NCBI RefSeq assembly: GCF_902652985.1 | Contig: NC_047018.1 | Span: 39,494,001-39,558,000, forward strand | Source of the DNA: Pecten maximus | Lineage: Eukaryota | Length of the DNA stretch: 64,000 nt | Direction of reading: 5' to 3' | In this document: positions 43,760-56,210 of the stretch, piece after piece | How positions within the stretch are numbered: position 1 is the stretch's first letter | Layout of the letters: each line of letters opens with the position of its first letter | Notes under the pieces: generated by a model | Databases searched by the model: none | What the model was told of the DNA's origin: nothing | What the model saw: the letters and a program-made list of their open reading frames with translations, nothing else | Program-made: the position numbers and the translations under genes

Positions 43760-43985
43760 TTTGTAACTTGTTGACTTTGAAATGAACATTGATGACCTTG
43801 AAATGAAAATAGATGACTTTGAAATGAATTTAGTTTACCTTGAAATGAACATAGCTGACCTTGAAATGAGCACAGCTTATTCTTGAAAAATGAGCATAGC
43901 TGACCTTGAAATGAACATAGTTTACCTTGAAATGAACATAGCTTATTCTTGCATGAAATGAACAAAAAAAATTAGCTGACCTTGA
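43760..43985. repeat. Degenerate ~21-bp minisatellite (tgaccttgaaatgaacatagc)
   Basis: Tandem units. Confidence 0.8.
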
Positions 43986-45125
43986 GATATACAGAAGTCA
44001 TCTTTATTCACCTCCAGTTTTTCATTTATTCAATTTAATGTATGAAATGTATGTTCAGAGCCCAAAGTTTTGTATGAAAAAAAAAGCACATTAATTGTCT
44101 GTGACATTTGGTACATTTGTAAAATCATGGGATTGTGAAATCAATGGTTTGAAAGCTTGGGCCAAACTGAGATTACTTTCGGTTGGGAAATTTTGTGCTT
44201 TCATGGGCTATTAACCATCAGAGAATGGAGATTTGATAACGTAGGTTTGAATACTTTTGAAACATTATTTGAAAGTCTTTAACCACATACCATCTCTTTG
44301 TAAGGGAATACTATCGATTCTGAAATCATGTCTTTGAATGCTTTTTAAATGCAAAGCTAAAACTTTCAACTCTTCAATCTCCTTATAAACTGGTGGGAGA
44401 ACAGTTTACTTGCAATGAAGATGAATAGAAGTGGTATAGGCATAAGTTTCCATACAGCTTCCAGAAGTGCTGTCAAAAATCGTTCCTGTAGGAAATAGAC
44501 TCTTAGATGTTTCTTTGTCAGAGTTGATGTGTTGAGCCTATACATGTTTAAACAATCTTTAGGTAGGTTTTCTGCCAGAATTTTCCTGTGGAAGTGTAGC
44601 GGAATTGTCTATTGATATTGCCGCTTGTCTCTTAAATCATGTAAACAATGAAGGCTGATATCGAGCAAAGACCATTAAAATCTATCATCTGGTAGCACAA
44701 GGGGAATGTTAGAAATGTTGATAGAAATTTTCAATTTACCCACAGTAAATCAATACCCTTTGACCTTAGTAGATAGAGTTATGTCCCTTTATCACTCAAA
44801 TATATATATATATAAAAAAAAGATCAGTTTAAGGAAAACAAAACTATGGTTTTATTAATACAACAGAATCATGTCTGGGTTTTTTTAAATATTTTTTTTG
44901 TAAAAAAAAAAAAAAAAAATCTTTCAATTTTCTATTCATTTGATTGAAAACTTGAACTAAAAATTTTCTGATGCTTCAATTTATATATATATATTTCTAG
45001 TAATACCCATCCAGCAAACACCTGTTTGTTAGGATCTAGTACCTATATTGGACCATACCGTTGTTATTATTTACTAGACCCTATATTTATATACATAATA
45101 ACACATTCTATTTTTACGTTTACAG

Positions 45126-45391
45126 ACAACGATTACATTTGAGCTAACGTACAACGCCCCGGACGGGTCGGTTGGGTTATGGCAGAAAGGTGAATTCAAA
45201 CAGTTGAAGAGTGATGAACTTCGTGTGCCCTTAACAGAAGAGGAACGGAATCAACTAAACCTGGGGAGTCGCAGCAGCTTTGGGGACTCCGAATCCATTC
45301 TGACCAGTCCCTCAAAGGCTTCTCTTCGAGAATCTCGTCTCAGTCTCGCCTCGAAAACCTCACGTACCTCAGGCGGAAGGTCACCCAAACA
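45126..45391 (+). CDS. OTOF: Otoferlin exon, end of C2A plus Ser-rich linker (266 nt; TTITFELTYNAPDGSVGLWQ...RSPK)
   Basis: tttacag acceptor, CA|gtatgt donor, phase 0 to 2; Y.A.DG.VG.W motif. Confidence 0.9.
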
Positions 45392-45663
45392 GTATGTATC
45401 TGGGGGTCGGGAGTAAGGTCAGATATTGGGTGGTGAGGACAGATGGGAAAAATACTTCAAAGATATAGGGATATCTTTAGGCGAGAGGAAGTATGTGAAA
45501 AGGTTCGAGATTAACAACATCTTAAGAGTTCCACCGATTTTAACATTGTATGAAGATTTTTAAGTTGCTAGATGTGAGGATTTACTGATTGTTTTGGCAA
45601 CTTAAGATTCTTTCCACAAATATGTAGATCACTCAGCTTGCGTTAATACTTGTTTTATTTCAG

Positions 45664-45761
45664 TGTAAAGAATTTCCCCTCTGTGGTCAAGATGATGATG
45701 GGTTCAGGGAAGAGGTCAGATGTCGATGAGAAACAGTCCTTAATAGACGAGATTGAGACAG
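45664..45761 (+). CDS. OTOF: Otoferlin exon, linker (98 nt; VKNFPSVVKMMMGSGKRSDVDEKQSLIDEIET)
   Basis: tttcag acceptor, G|gtacga donor, phase 2 to 1; open frame fitting both neighbours. Confidence 0.82.
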
Positions 45762-45919
45762 GTACGAAAGGAAATTGTACATAATATATATATAGGACCA
45801 AGGGGTCTAGAGGTCATAATAGATACGCAGAAAAAAACTTCCATGATATACAGAATTAAATCAGTATTACAATAGAAGTATATATTTTTTGTTTGTTAAG
45901 ATTTAATACTTGAGACTTA

Positions 45920-46035
45920 GTGAATTGATAAACCAACAATATGTATATTGAAAATGAAAGTGAATTGATAAACCAACAATATTTATATTGAAAATGAAAG
46001 TGAATTGATAAACCAACAATATTTATATTGAAAAA
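45920..46035. repeat. 40-bp tandem repeat, ~2.8 copies
   Basis: gtgaattgataaaccaacaatat.tatattgaaaa repeated. Confidence 0.85.
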
Positions 46036-46468
46036 TGTCCTAAAATCATATCACCATTAAACATTTACAACGTATGAAAAGCAGAGAAGGGAGAAAAATA
46101 TATTATCTGATTTGTAGATTAATTTTTTTTAAAAGAAAACAAATGAAAATTACCAGTTTGTGTTTTAATTTAGCAAAGGATAAATAACTCCTTGTATAGT
46201 AAAACACTAAGGGGAAATAACTCTGAAGAGTAAATCACTAAGGGAACTATAACTCTGTGAAGAGTAAAACATGAACAGAAATTACTTTTAAAGAGTTTAT
46301 CATGAAGGGAAATAATTCTCTGTAGTGAAAAAAAAGACACAAATGAAAAATTAACTCTTTGTAAGTATATAACTAAGGGAAGAAACACTTTATAGAGGAG
46401 ATCACTATATTTCGATGTCTTTTCATCTTTGATTGTCATGAAACTATTTTCTAACAATCTAATTATAG

Positions 46469-46589
46469 ACCCTAGCCTAGATGCTCGAGCAGCTGAGGTG
46501 GCGTCCATGTTAGGGGCCCGAGCTGACCAGATGGAGGATGACCAGGGCAGTCAGTCTTCTGCAATAGCTACACCTGTCACCAATAGGAG
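46469..46589 (+). CDS. OTOF: Otoferlin exon, linker (121 nt; DPSLDARAAEVASMLG...ATPVTNRR)
   Basis: ttatag acceptor (a second in-frame AG allows a start at 46481), AG|gtagga donor, phase 1 to 2; end resembles vertebrate TTNVSNKR. Confidence 0.82.
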
Positions 46590-46689
46590 GTAGGACAACC
46601 TGTTAATGACTCTTTGTAGCTGACTGGTTTGGGTACAGATAATTAAGGCACAGGTGAGGTATACATATGGAATTGGAATGTACTGGTAA

Positions 46690-47315
46690 GGGACAGGTGA
46701 GTTAGAGGTAAATTACAGGTGAGTTAGAGGTAAATTACAGGTGAGGTAGAGGTAAAGGACAGGTGAGATAGAGGTAAAGGACAGGTAAGATAGAGGTAAA
46801 GGACAGGTGAGGTAGAGGTAAAGGACAGGTGAGATAGAGGTTAGGGACAGGTTAGATAGAGGTTAGGGACAGGTTAGATAGAGGTAAGGGACAGGTTAGA
46901 TAGAGGTTAGGAACAGGTTAGATAGAGGTTAGGGACAGGTTAGATAGAGGTAAAGGACAGGTTAGATAGAGGTAAAGGACAGGTTAGATAGAGGTAAAGG
47001 ACAGGTTAGATAGAGGTTAGGGACAGGTGAGATAGAGGTAAAGGAAAAGTTAGATAGAGGTAAAGGACAGGTTAGATAGAGGTTAGGGATAGGTGAGATA
47101 GAGGTAAAGGACAGGTTAGATAGAGGTAAAGGACAGGTTAGATAGAGGTTAGGGACAGGCTAGATAGAGGTAAGGGACAGGTTAGATAGAGGTAAAGGAC
47201 AGGTGAGATAGAGGTAAGGGACAGGTTAGATAGAGGTAAAGGACAGGTGAGATAGAAGTAAAGGAAAGGCAAGAAAGAGGTAAAGGACAGCTGAGAAAGA
47301 GGTAAGGGACAGAAG
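46690..47315. repeat. Minisatellite, 22-bp unit (ggacaggt(g/t)agatagaggtaaa)
   Basis: About 28 tandem units, purine-rich on the sense strand. Confidence 0.95.
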
Positions 47316-48005
47316 GATTAAAGGTTACACGGGTCAGATAAGGTAAGGAATGGCTCAAAGTAAGAATATTGGTGTTACTGCAGATTTGGGTGTGATTATT
47401 TACAGTTATCGGTGGGTGTATCACATGTACCAGTATTGAATTTGAAGGTCGAAGGGTCTGGAATTGTGTTCTGGTAAACAGTCTTTATAGTAGATAGAAT
47501 TACTTAATTCCAACCTTGGATTATCTCTACATAGATGCGCTGTGACCTTTGAATCTATTACCCAGAAACAATTACCCATTTAAAATAGATTGTATGTAAA
47601 TGAATTTGTTAGTTGATATTTCTAATTTGCTATTCTTAAATGTGAAAGGTTATATTTGTCACATTCGGGAAACAAACATGCAATAATATTAATTTTGAAA
47701 ACAATTATTGGAATCGAGAATGAGCTGGAAAAGCTAATTTTGTTGGGTTTGAATTCTTTCTTTCATCTTCTTTAAAAGTCAAATTTCTGGGTCAAATACA
47801 TCGTTAGTATTTTTGAAAATGAGGTGAAATTGCTTAGTATGATTAATCAGGGTGTACAAATTATACACAAAATATGTTAAACAATAACAACAACCTTTGC
47901 ACATTCTTAGAAATGGTCATTCACCTTTTAACATATCACTGTTGCCTTTTAGTAATTGTCCAAAATTCAAAAGAGCTCTGGCACATTATTCATTTTTAAA
48001 CCTTT

Positions 48006-49352
48006 TTAGGTCATCTGACCAAAAGGGTCAGGATGACCTATAGCCATCATGTTTAGTCCATCATTGTCTGCCATGCGTATGATATTTTTATTTCAAAACG
48101 CTACTCCTTCTAAACCCCAAGGCGGGTTACTACCAAATTTGGTTGAAAGCATCATTGGGGTGGGCAATCATATTTTATGTAAATGAGACTGATCCTACCC
48201 TCTGTAACCAGACAATTTATGGTAATGATGCTGGATTGTAATTGAGGGATGCATAGGTGTCAACCTTCCCGGATTACGCGGGAAGTGCCCGGAAAATCAA
48301 TTAAATTTCCCCTAAATCCCGATTTGGTACAGTTCCCGAATCGGGGTTAAATTTCTCCCGGATTTGAGCAGTCTTCCCTCATAAAACCCCGGAAATCTCA
48401 GACACTTCGACCCTAATCTGATTATGTAATCAAAACAACCCCACCACCTGTGTAGCTGCCCTGGCCTGGGGCTTGGTGAGAGAGGGTCTTTCACCACTCA
48501 TCGTGCATGCCTGCCGACCTGTGTATACATTACAACTGTATTTGGCTTCATTTGACATGGTCAGTTAATTTTGTGATTACAACCAGGATACATCACTTCA
48601 AGAACAAACACTGATAATATCTGCCAACAAGATTTACTCACATGAAAGCTAATAATGCCTTTCTTAATCGTAGCTGTTAGTACCAGCGTTTGTAGTGCCG
48701 CCATCTTTAATTGGTCAATACTAATATAAAGTCGTAAACTGCCACAAAAATCCGGATTTCAGTTTGGGTCAGAAAAAAATAAAAAGACTTTTTAAGAAGT
48801 TTGTTTTATGTAATAATAGAACTACTAGTAAAACAAAAAGAAATAAATGACCGTGTAATTATTATTTGAGAAAGGAAGGGAGATAATTTGATACATTTAG
48901 TAATATTTCAGAACAAAATAATGAAAAAAAAAAAAAAAAACAGGAGATAAGTAGTTGCTTTGTATACTGGTTGCAAATTTCAAGTGACTACATCATTAAT
49001 AATATGATTCACTAAATACAGTTCCTTTCTATGAAATTTCTGAAAACATTTTTTTTTTAAATTGTTTTTTTTCTTCTATTTTTTTTATTTATTATCATTA
49101 TTCTTTAAAATTAACCATTGTTGTCAAATTTAAATATCAAACTGTAGCCCGAGGTAATTTACACCTGCACAAGCCCATGAGGAACATCACCTAAAAAAAT
49201 GTCGCGATTTTTTTCACGCACTTTCTCCCTGATTTTAGATGTGGAATGAGGGAGATCTCCCTCATTGGAGGTTTCAGAGGTTGACATGTATGGGGATGTG
49301 TCCCTGCTGTAAGTGTTTGTCAGATGATGTTTAGGCCCATGGGCCTCTTGTT
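48006..49352 (+). mobile_element. HINE-like element interrupted by a DNA transposon
   Basis: 5' hairpin taggtcatc..gatgaccta, subterminal IR tcatctgac / gtcagatga, 3' palindrome aggcccatgggcct then cttgtt. Confidence 0.7.
48252..49292. mobile_element. Non-autonomous DNA transposon with 6-bp TSD (hAT6-like)
   Basis: 15-bp TIR cataggtgtcaacct / aggttgacatgtatg (13/15), direct repeat gggatg on both flanks. Confidence 0.75.
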
Positions 49353-49642
49353 ACTTCAAAGGCTTCTTCTCTAGAATGACTAAAAAAATTTTTACAGTAT
49401 TCAGTAAAGGAGCATCTCTAGGCTGAAAAGGAATTAATAGGTTATATAAGAATATCAAATGAACAATAGTTTTTCATAAAAATTGTCAAGATACCAGAGG
49501 TCATTGGTCACTTGTCTTGTAGGTGATGACGTAGTCTGTAAAAGGTCATGAGAATGTAAACTTAATTTATTTTACCACAATTTTGAAATAATTTCTATTA
49601 TAAAAAGGTCATTTTTATGCTGTACTAATTTAAACATTGCAG

Positions 49643-49700
49643 AAACAAGGGGAGAGCTCAGCAAATGGAGCCAGCCTCATTAAAAGCCCAGGATTTTCAG
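49643..49700 (+). CDS. OTOF: Otoferlin exon, entry to C2B (58 nt; NKGRAQQMEPASLKAQDFQ)
   Basis: ttgcag acceptor, CAG|gtaagc donor, phase 2 to 0; MEP...D(F/Y)Q motif. Confidence 0.92.
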
Positions 49701-49734
49701 GTAAGCATTATTTTGTATGTATTGTTAATTAACT

Positions 49735-50222
49735 AGGTAATGTGGAATCACCAGGGGTTAGGGGGTAATGTGGAACCACCAGGAGTTAGGGGGTAATGTG
49801 GAACCATCAGGGTTAAGGGAGTAATTTGCAACCATCAGGACTTAGGGGGTACTGTGGAACGATCAGGGTTAAGGGGGTACTGTGGATACAATCAGGGTTA
49901 AGGGGGTAATGTGGAACCAGCAGGAGTTAGGGGGTAATGTGGAACGATCAGAAGTTAGGGGGTAATGTGGAACCATCAGAAGTTAGGGGGTAATGTGGAA
50001 CAATCAGGGTTAAGGGGGTACTGTGGAACCACCAGAAGTTAGGGGATAATGTGGAACGATCAGGGTTAAGGGGGTACTGTGGAACCATCAGGACTTAGGG
50101 GGTACTGTGGAACGATCAGGGTTAAGGGGGTAATGTGGAACGATCAGGGTTAAGGGGGTACTGTGGAACCATCAGGAGTTAGGGGATAATGTGGAACCAA
50201 TAGGAGAAAGAGGGTAATGTAC
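49735..50222. repeat. Minisatellite, 28-bp unit (taatgtggaaccaycaggrgttaggggg)
   Basis: About 17 units starting ~35 nt after the 49700 donor. Confidence 0.93.
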
Positions 50223-50493
50223 CCACTGGAACCCCCAAAAAAATGCATCAAAATAATAAACAAAGAAATATTTAAATAAAAAAAAAAAAGATTCTACAAT
50301 GTCAAATTTGCCATAGATATTACAAAGTAGATATTAATTCTTGTGAAGAATTAAACATTTTAACAAGTACTTTCATAATATCTTTTTGAAATGTTTTAAT
50401 GTTTTACACAATGTATCACACATTCATTTTCCCTGGATGGTACATTGTAATTGCTTTGTTTCCACTGACTTCGACCTTTAACCTCTGTTCTAG

Positions 50494-50625
50494 GTCTGCA
50501 TAACTGTGATAGAAGCAAGACAATTGGCCGGACTCAACATGGATCCTGTGGTCTGTGTCCAGGTTGGTGACCAGAAGAAATATACAAGTGTGAAAGAATC
50601 TACCAACTGTCCTTACTACAGCGAG
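50494..50625 (+). CDS. OTOF: Otoferlin exon, C2B (132 nt; [44 protein letters not shown])
   Basis: ttctag acceptor, GAG|gtatgt donor, phase 0 to 0; near-identical to otoferlin C2B. Confidence 0.97.
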
Positions 50626-50837
50626 GTATGTCCCAACACAACCTGTCATTAGGTCCTTAATGTCCCATTATATAAGACCAAATATGTCTATGAGTGCCCC
50701 ACTTGGAACATTTGTATCTTATGTATACAGGGATAAAAAATATTATCATTGTACAAGACCCTTGCATAACACAGTGATGTGAGATGAGGATCATGACTGT
50801 GTTTGACTTTTTTGCATTGAAGCATGCTGATGTGTTA

Positions 50838-51678
50838 ATGAGTTAATCCACATGGTGTGTCCCAAGTGACTTAATCCACATGGTATGTCCAAAGTGAGTA
50901 AATCCACATGATATGTCCCAGGTGAGTTAATCCACATGGTATGTCCCAAGTGACTTAATCCACATGGTATGTCCCAAGTAACTTAATCCACATGGTATGT
51001 CCCAATTGAGTAAATCCACATGGTATGTCCCAGGTGAGTTAATCCACATGGTATGTCCCAAGTAACTTAATCCACATGGTATGTCCAAAGTGAGTAAATC
51101 CACATGGTATGTCCCAGGTGAGTTAATCCACATGGTATGTCCCAAGTGAGTTAATCCACATGGCATGTCCCAAGTAACTTAATCCACATGGTATGTCCCA
51201 AGTGAGTTAATCCACATGGTATGTCCCAAGTGAGTTAATCCACATGGTATGTCCCAAGTGAGTTAATCCACATGGTATGTCCCAAGTGAGTTAATCCACA
51301 TGATATGTCCCAAGTAACTTAATCCACATGGTATGTCCAAAGTGAGTAAATCCACATGGTATGTCCCAGGTGAGTTAATCCACATGGTATGTCCCAAGTA
51401 ACTTAATCCACATGGTATGTCCAAAGTGAGTAAATCCACATGGTATGTCCCTGGTGAGTTAATCCACATGGTATGTCCCAAGTGAGTTAATCCACATGGT
51501 ATGTCCCAAGTAACTTAATCCATATGGTATGTCCAAAGTGAGTAAATCCACATGGTATGTCCCAGGTGAGTTAATCCACATGGTATGTCCCAAGTAACTT
51601 AATCCACATGGTATGTCCCAAGTGAGTTAATCCACATGGTATGTCCCAAGTGAGTTAATCCACATGGTATGTCCCAAG
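50838..51678. repeat. Minisatellite, 28-bp unit (tgagttaatccacatggtatgtcccaag)
   Basis: About 30 units with higher-order variant patterns. Confidence 0.96.
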
Positions 51679-52034
51679 ATGAATATGTGATTGTAAGAAA
51701 TTAGAATAAACAAGTTTGTGTTTGAAAATGTTTCAAAAAACATAAATTGTCGTTGTTGGTTAGTGAAAACAAATAACCTACGACTGGAATACGGTTCCTT
51801 TCTGACATTGTTGAAAATTTGTGCTGTGGTTATCCTTTGACCAAGATCTGCGTTGACATTTCCAAACCTGTCAAAATCAAATTGTATTTGCGTTTTCAGC
51901 CAATCCGATATTGTATATACCTGCTTCTGTGACTTGAATTAGTGTATTTCTATGTGAAATATACTTTTACTGTTCCCGTTATAAAATCAAATTATATATA
52001 TATTGTCTGATGGCTATTGTTTCATCCATTGCAG

Positions 52035-52097
52035 TATTTTGTATTTGACTTCCACATGGCCCCTGCCATGTTGTTTGACAAGATCATCACATTGACA
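52035..52097 (+). CDS. OTOF: Otoferlin exon, C2B (63 nt; YFVFDFHMAPAMLFDKIITLT)
   Basis: ttgcag acceptor, ACA|gtaagt donor, phase 0 to 0; YFVFDFH...FDKII motif. Confidence 0.96.
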
Positions 52098-53669
52098 GTA
52101 AGTACACACTCCCCTAAGAGCCCCAGATCTGAACATATCATTCTGTGAGGCCCCAGATTGGTGCATGTCACTATGTAGGGCCCCGGATATGTATATTTCA
52201 CTTGTTGAGGCTATAGACATGTATACTGTAAATATTCAAAGCCCTAGATATGTATATGTTACTCTTTTGTGCCCCTGTTCTGTATAATGTAATTATGTAG
52301 AACCCTTGATCTGCATATGTGAAGGTCCCAGATATGTATACGCCCATCTATATCGGTCTGGAACCTATACCATAGCTCTGTAGAGCCCAAGGTCTCTACT
52401 AAAAACTGACCAATTGATTCAATCCTTTTTGGTGAAATACGAGAAATGGTGACCTTTACAGATTTTGCAGTCTCTGTGTTAGGCTCATAATCTGTACAAC
52501 GTCTGAAAGGCCCCTGATATTTATTTGTAATTCTGTATTGCCCTTATATACATATATAATACTTTCTAGTAATTATAGACATGACAATTCCACAAAAGGT
52601 AAGAATTGTATTTAGAAATGTTTGAAAAATTAATACTTTGCAATAATGAAAAAATCATGTAACAAAAAAAAACAAAAAAAATCAGCAATTATCTTATATA
52701 CATGTATAATTCAAATTGTTCATAGCAACAAAGTCATAAAAAGCAGAATGAATAAAAGGACTGACATCTATAGTTTTGTAGATCAATAAATGATACTGAA
52801 TTTAGGTGATGGAATAAGCTCATTGTCAAGAATTAATATGTCCTATCAGATTTTTCAGATATGAAAATATATCCATTGCTACATTATGCTATGTTTTGTT
52901 AAGCCTTGTGTAAGTTACAGGTGGACTACAATGGTTCCCTTGTCAGTAGTAGAATTGATATTTAACAAATCACTCAGAGGTTTTAGCCAGGATCATGCCT
53001 TTCCAGTGTACAAGAGAATATTTGAAGCAGATGTGATGTTGTCCAACCATGTCTTAATTAGCATACCTGACATTAACAGTTGATTGGATATGTGTTGAAT
53101 TATATCTGTATATCGTATTGTTTGCATAACATGGAGGGGTAGTCAGTGGATTCTGAAATATAGTATATTTAGCATTTTGTAAAAATGATAAGGACCCATG
53201 TATTGAAGGGAGTAACAAACCAATAACTTGGGATCTTCACTAGAGGTTATGTGACCCACACTCTAACCAACTGAGCTATCGCAACTCCTTAAATGACCCT
53301 AGCTGTTAATAGGACTTTAAACAAAATAAACGAAAGAAAACTCCTCATTGGAATAAAGGTCAAGGTCATTCGATTCCAAAGTTAAAGACAAAATGGCTGG
53401 ATCTCTGACTATGACCCTGGCTCTTGATGGGCGATGTTTTAAAAAGAAACTGATCAAAACAAACATATGAAGATTGCACCAGTAGTTACATTTCTGTTAG
53501 CCCAGCAATATGAAGGTTGAAGGAGTCACATCAAAGGAAATGTGAAAGTGTATATTTTCCTTTCTTTTAAATTCAAAGTCCAAACATCAACTACAGCTAT
53601 ATGGGCAGATGTCTTAACACTTAGCATAAAAAAGGAATTATGGTAGATGTGGCTTCTAAATTTGTCTCC

Positions 53670-56210
53670 CTTGTATTAATACATATTAGATTGTCTCCAA
53701 AGTTTTACTTTATTCTTGATTGTCTCCCTTGTATTAATACATGTTAGATTGTCTCCCCTGTTTTGATTTATGATTGATGACTGTTTTGGTATATACGTTA
53801 GATTTTCTCTCTGGTTTTGGTTAATGTTTGATTGTCTCCCCTGTTTTTGTCAATGTTAGATGGTCTCCCCTGTTTTGTTAATGTTAGATTGTCTCCCCTG
53901 TTTTAGTATATATGTTAGATTTTCTCCTGTTTTTGTTAATGTTAGATTGTCTCCCCTGTTTTAGTATATATGTTAGATTTTCTCCTGTTTTGTTAATGTT
54001 AGATTGTCTCCCCTGTTTTGTTAATGTTAGATTGTCTCCCCTGTTTTAGTGTATATGTTAGATTTTCTCCTGTTTTTGTTAATGTTAGATTGTCTCCCCT
54101 GTTTTAGTGTATATGTTAGATTTGTCTCCCCTGTTTTGTTAATGTTAGATTGTCTCCCCTGTTTTAGTGTATATGTTAGATTGTCTCCCCTGTTTTGTTA
54201 ATGTTAGATTGTCTCCCCTGTTTTGTTAATGTTAGATTGTCTCCCCTGTTTTAGTATATATGTTAGATTGTCTCCCCTGTTTTAGTGTATATGTTAGATT
54301 GTCTCCCCTGTTTTGGTTAATGTTAGATTGTCTCCCCTGTTTAAGTGTATATGTTAGATTTTCTCCTGTTTTTGTTAATGTTAAGTATATATGTTAGATT
54401 TTCTCCTGTTTTGGTTAATGTTAGATTGTCTCCCCTGTTTTATTAGCTCACCTGCCCGAAGGGCAAGTGAGCTTATGCCGTGGCGCGGCGTCCGTCGTCC
54501 GTCCGTCGTCCGTCCGGCCGGCGTCAACTTTCCATTCAAGCAACTTCTTCTCAATAACCAAAAGGCCTAGAGACCTAATATTGGGCCTGTAGCATGCTGG
54601 GGTGAAGGGCTACCAAGTTTGTTCAAATGAATGACCTTGACCTTCATTCAAGGTCACAGGAGTCAAAAAGGCTAAAATCTTCAAACGACTTCTTCTCAAC
54701 AACCAACAGTCCCAGGGAGTTGATATTGGGTCTGTAGCATGCTGGGGTAAAGGGCTACCAAGTTTGTTCAAATGAATGACCTTGACTTTCATTCAAGGTC
54801 ACAGGAGTCAAAAAGGCTAAAAAAAAATTAGACGACTTCTTCTAAATAGCCAAAAGACCCAGGGACTTGATATTGGGTCTGTAGCATGCTGGGGTGAAGG
54901 GCTACCAAGTTTGTTCAAATGAATGACCTTGACCTTCATTCAAGGTCACAGGAGTCAAAAAGGCTAAAATCTTTAAACGACTTCTTCTCAATAACCAAGA
55001 GTCCCAGGGACTTGATATTGGGTCTGTAGCATGCTGGGGTGAAGGGCTACCAAGTTTGTTCAAATGAATGACCTTGACTTTCATTCAAGGTCACAGGAGT
55101 CAAAAAGGCTAAAATCTTTAAACGACTTCTTCTCAATAACCAAGAGTCCCAGGGAGTTAATATTGGGTCTGTAGCATGCTCGGGTGAAGGGCTACCAAGT
55201 TTGTTCAAATGAATGACCTTGACTTTCATTCAAGGTCACAGGGGTCAAAAAGGCTAAAATCTTTAAACGACTTCTTCTCAATAACCAAGAGTCCCAGGGA
55301 GTTGATATTGGGTCTGTAGCATGCTGGGGTGAAGGGCTACCAAGTTTGTTCAAATGAATGACCTTGACCGTCATTCAAGGTCACAGGAGTCAAAAAGGCT
55401 AAAATCTTTAAACGACTTCTTCTCAATAACCAAGAGTCTCAGAGGCCTAATATTTGGCCTGTAGCATGCTGGGGTGAAGGGCTCCCAAGTTTGTTCAAAT
55501 GAATGACCTTGACTTTCATTCAAGGTCACAGGAGTCAAAAAGGCTAAAATCTTTAAACAACTTCTTCTCAATAACCAAGAGTCCCAGAGACCTAATATTT
55601 GGCCTGTAGCATGCTGGGGTGAAGGGCTACCAAGTTTGTTCAAATGAATGACCTTGACTTTCATTCAAGGTCACAGGAGTCAAAAAGGCTAAAATCTTTA
55701 AACGACTTCTTCTCAATAACCAAGAGTCCCAGAGAGTTGATATTGGGTCTGTAGCATGCTGGGGTAAAGGGCTACCAAGTTTGTTCAAATGAATGACCTT
55801 GACCTTCATTCAAGGTCACAGGGGTCAAAAAGGCTAAAATCTTTAAACAACTTCTTCTCAATAACCAAGAGTCCCAGGGAGTTGATATTGGGTCTGTAGC
55901 ATGCTGGGGTGAAGGGCTACCAAGTTTGTTCAAATGAATGACCTTGACCTTCATTCAAGGTCACGTCGATCAAGTATGCTTAAATCTTTAAATGACTTTT
56001 AGTGAAAAGCCAAAGTGCAGAGAGACATTATATTGGTCCTGTAGCATGCTTTCAAATAACTGCAGGATCCATATATGAAAAGATCACTGCATTGCAGGTG
56101 AGCGATTTGGGCCCATTGGGCCCTTGTTTATACATGATTGTCTCCCCTGTTTTATTTATACATGATTGTCTCCCCTGTTTTAGTATATATGTTAGATTTT
56201 CTCCTGTTAT
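53670..56210. repeat. Minisatellite, ~29-31-bp unit (atgttagattgtctcccctgtttt...), split by a HINE
   Basis: Array at 53670-54442 resumes at 56129-56210. Confidence 0.9.
54443..56128 (+). mobile_element. Full-length HINE (non-autonomous Helentron) carrying ~10 x 145-bp satellite units
   Basis: 5' hairpin agctcac-ctgccc-gaa-gggca-agtgagct, (gtcc)n tract, 145-bp period, subterminal IR gctcacctg / caggtgagc, 3' palindrome gggccca-t-tgggccc, inserted at TT. Confidence 0.9.

Noticed and set aside
49735-50222. TTAGGG words suggesting interstitial telomere
   Set aside because: Single TTAGGG embedded in a 28-bp unit, not tandem telomeric repeats.
52921-52965. Possible third copy of the 85-nt C2B exon (VDYNGSLVSSRIDI)
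   Set aside because: In-frame stop, wrong length, no donor; similarity is marginal.
53231-53282. tRNA-like sequence on the - strand (tagctcagttggttagag)
   Set aside because: A-box only, no B-box or T arm; probably a SINE head fragment rather than a tRNA gene.
54610-55954. Series of near-identical 60-aa ORFs on the - strand
   Set aside because: Artefact of the 145-bp satellite inside a non-coding HINE.
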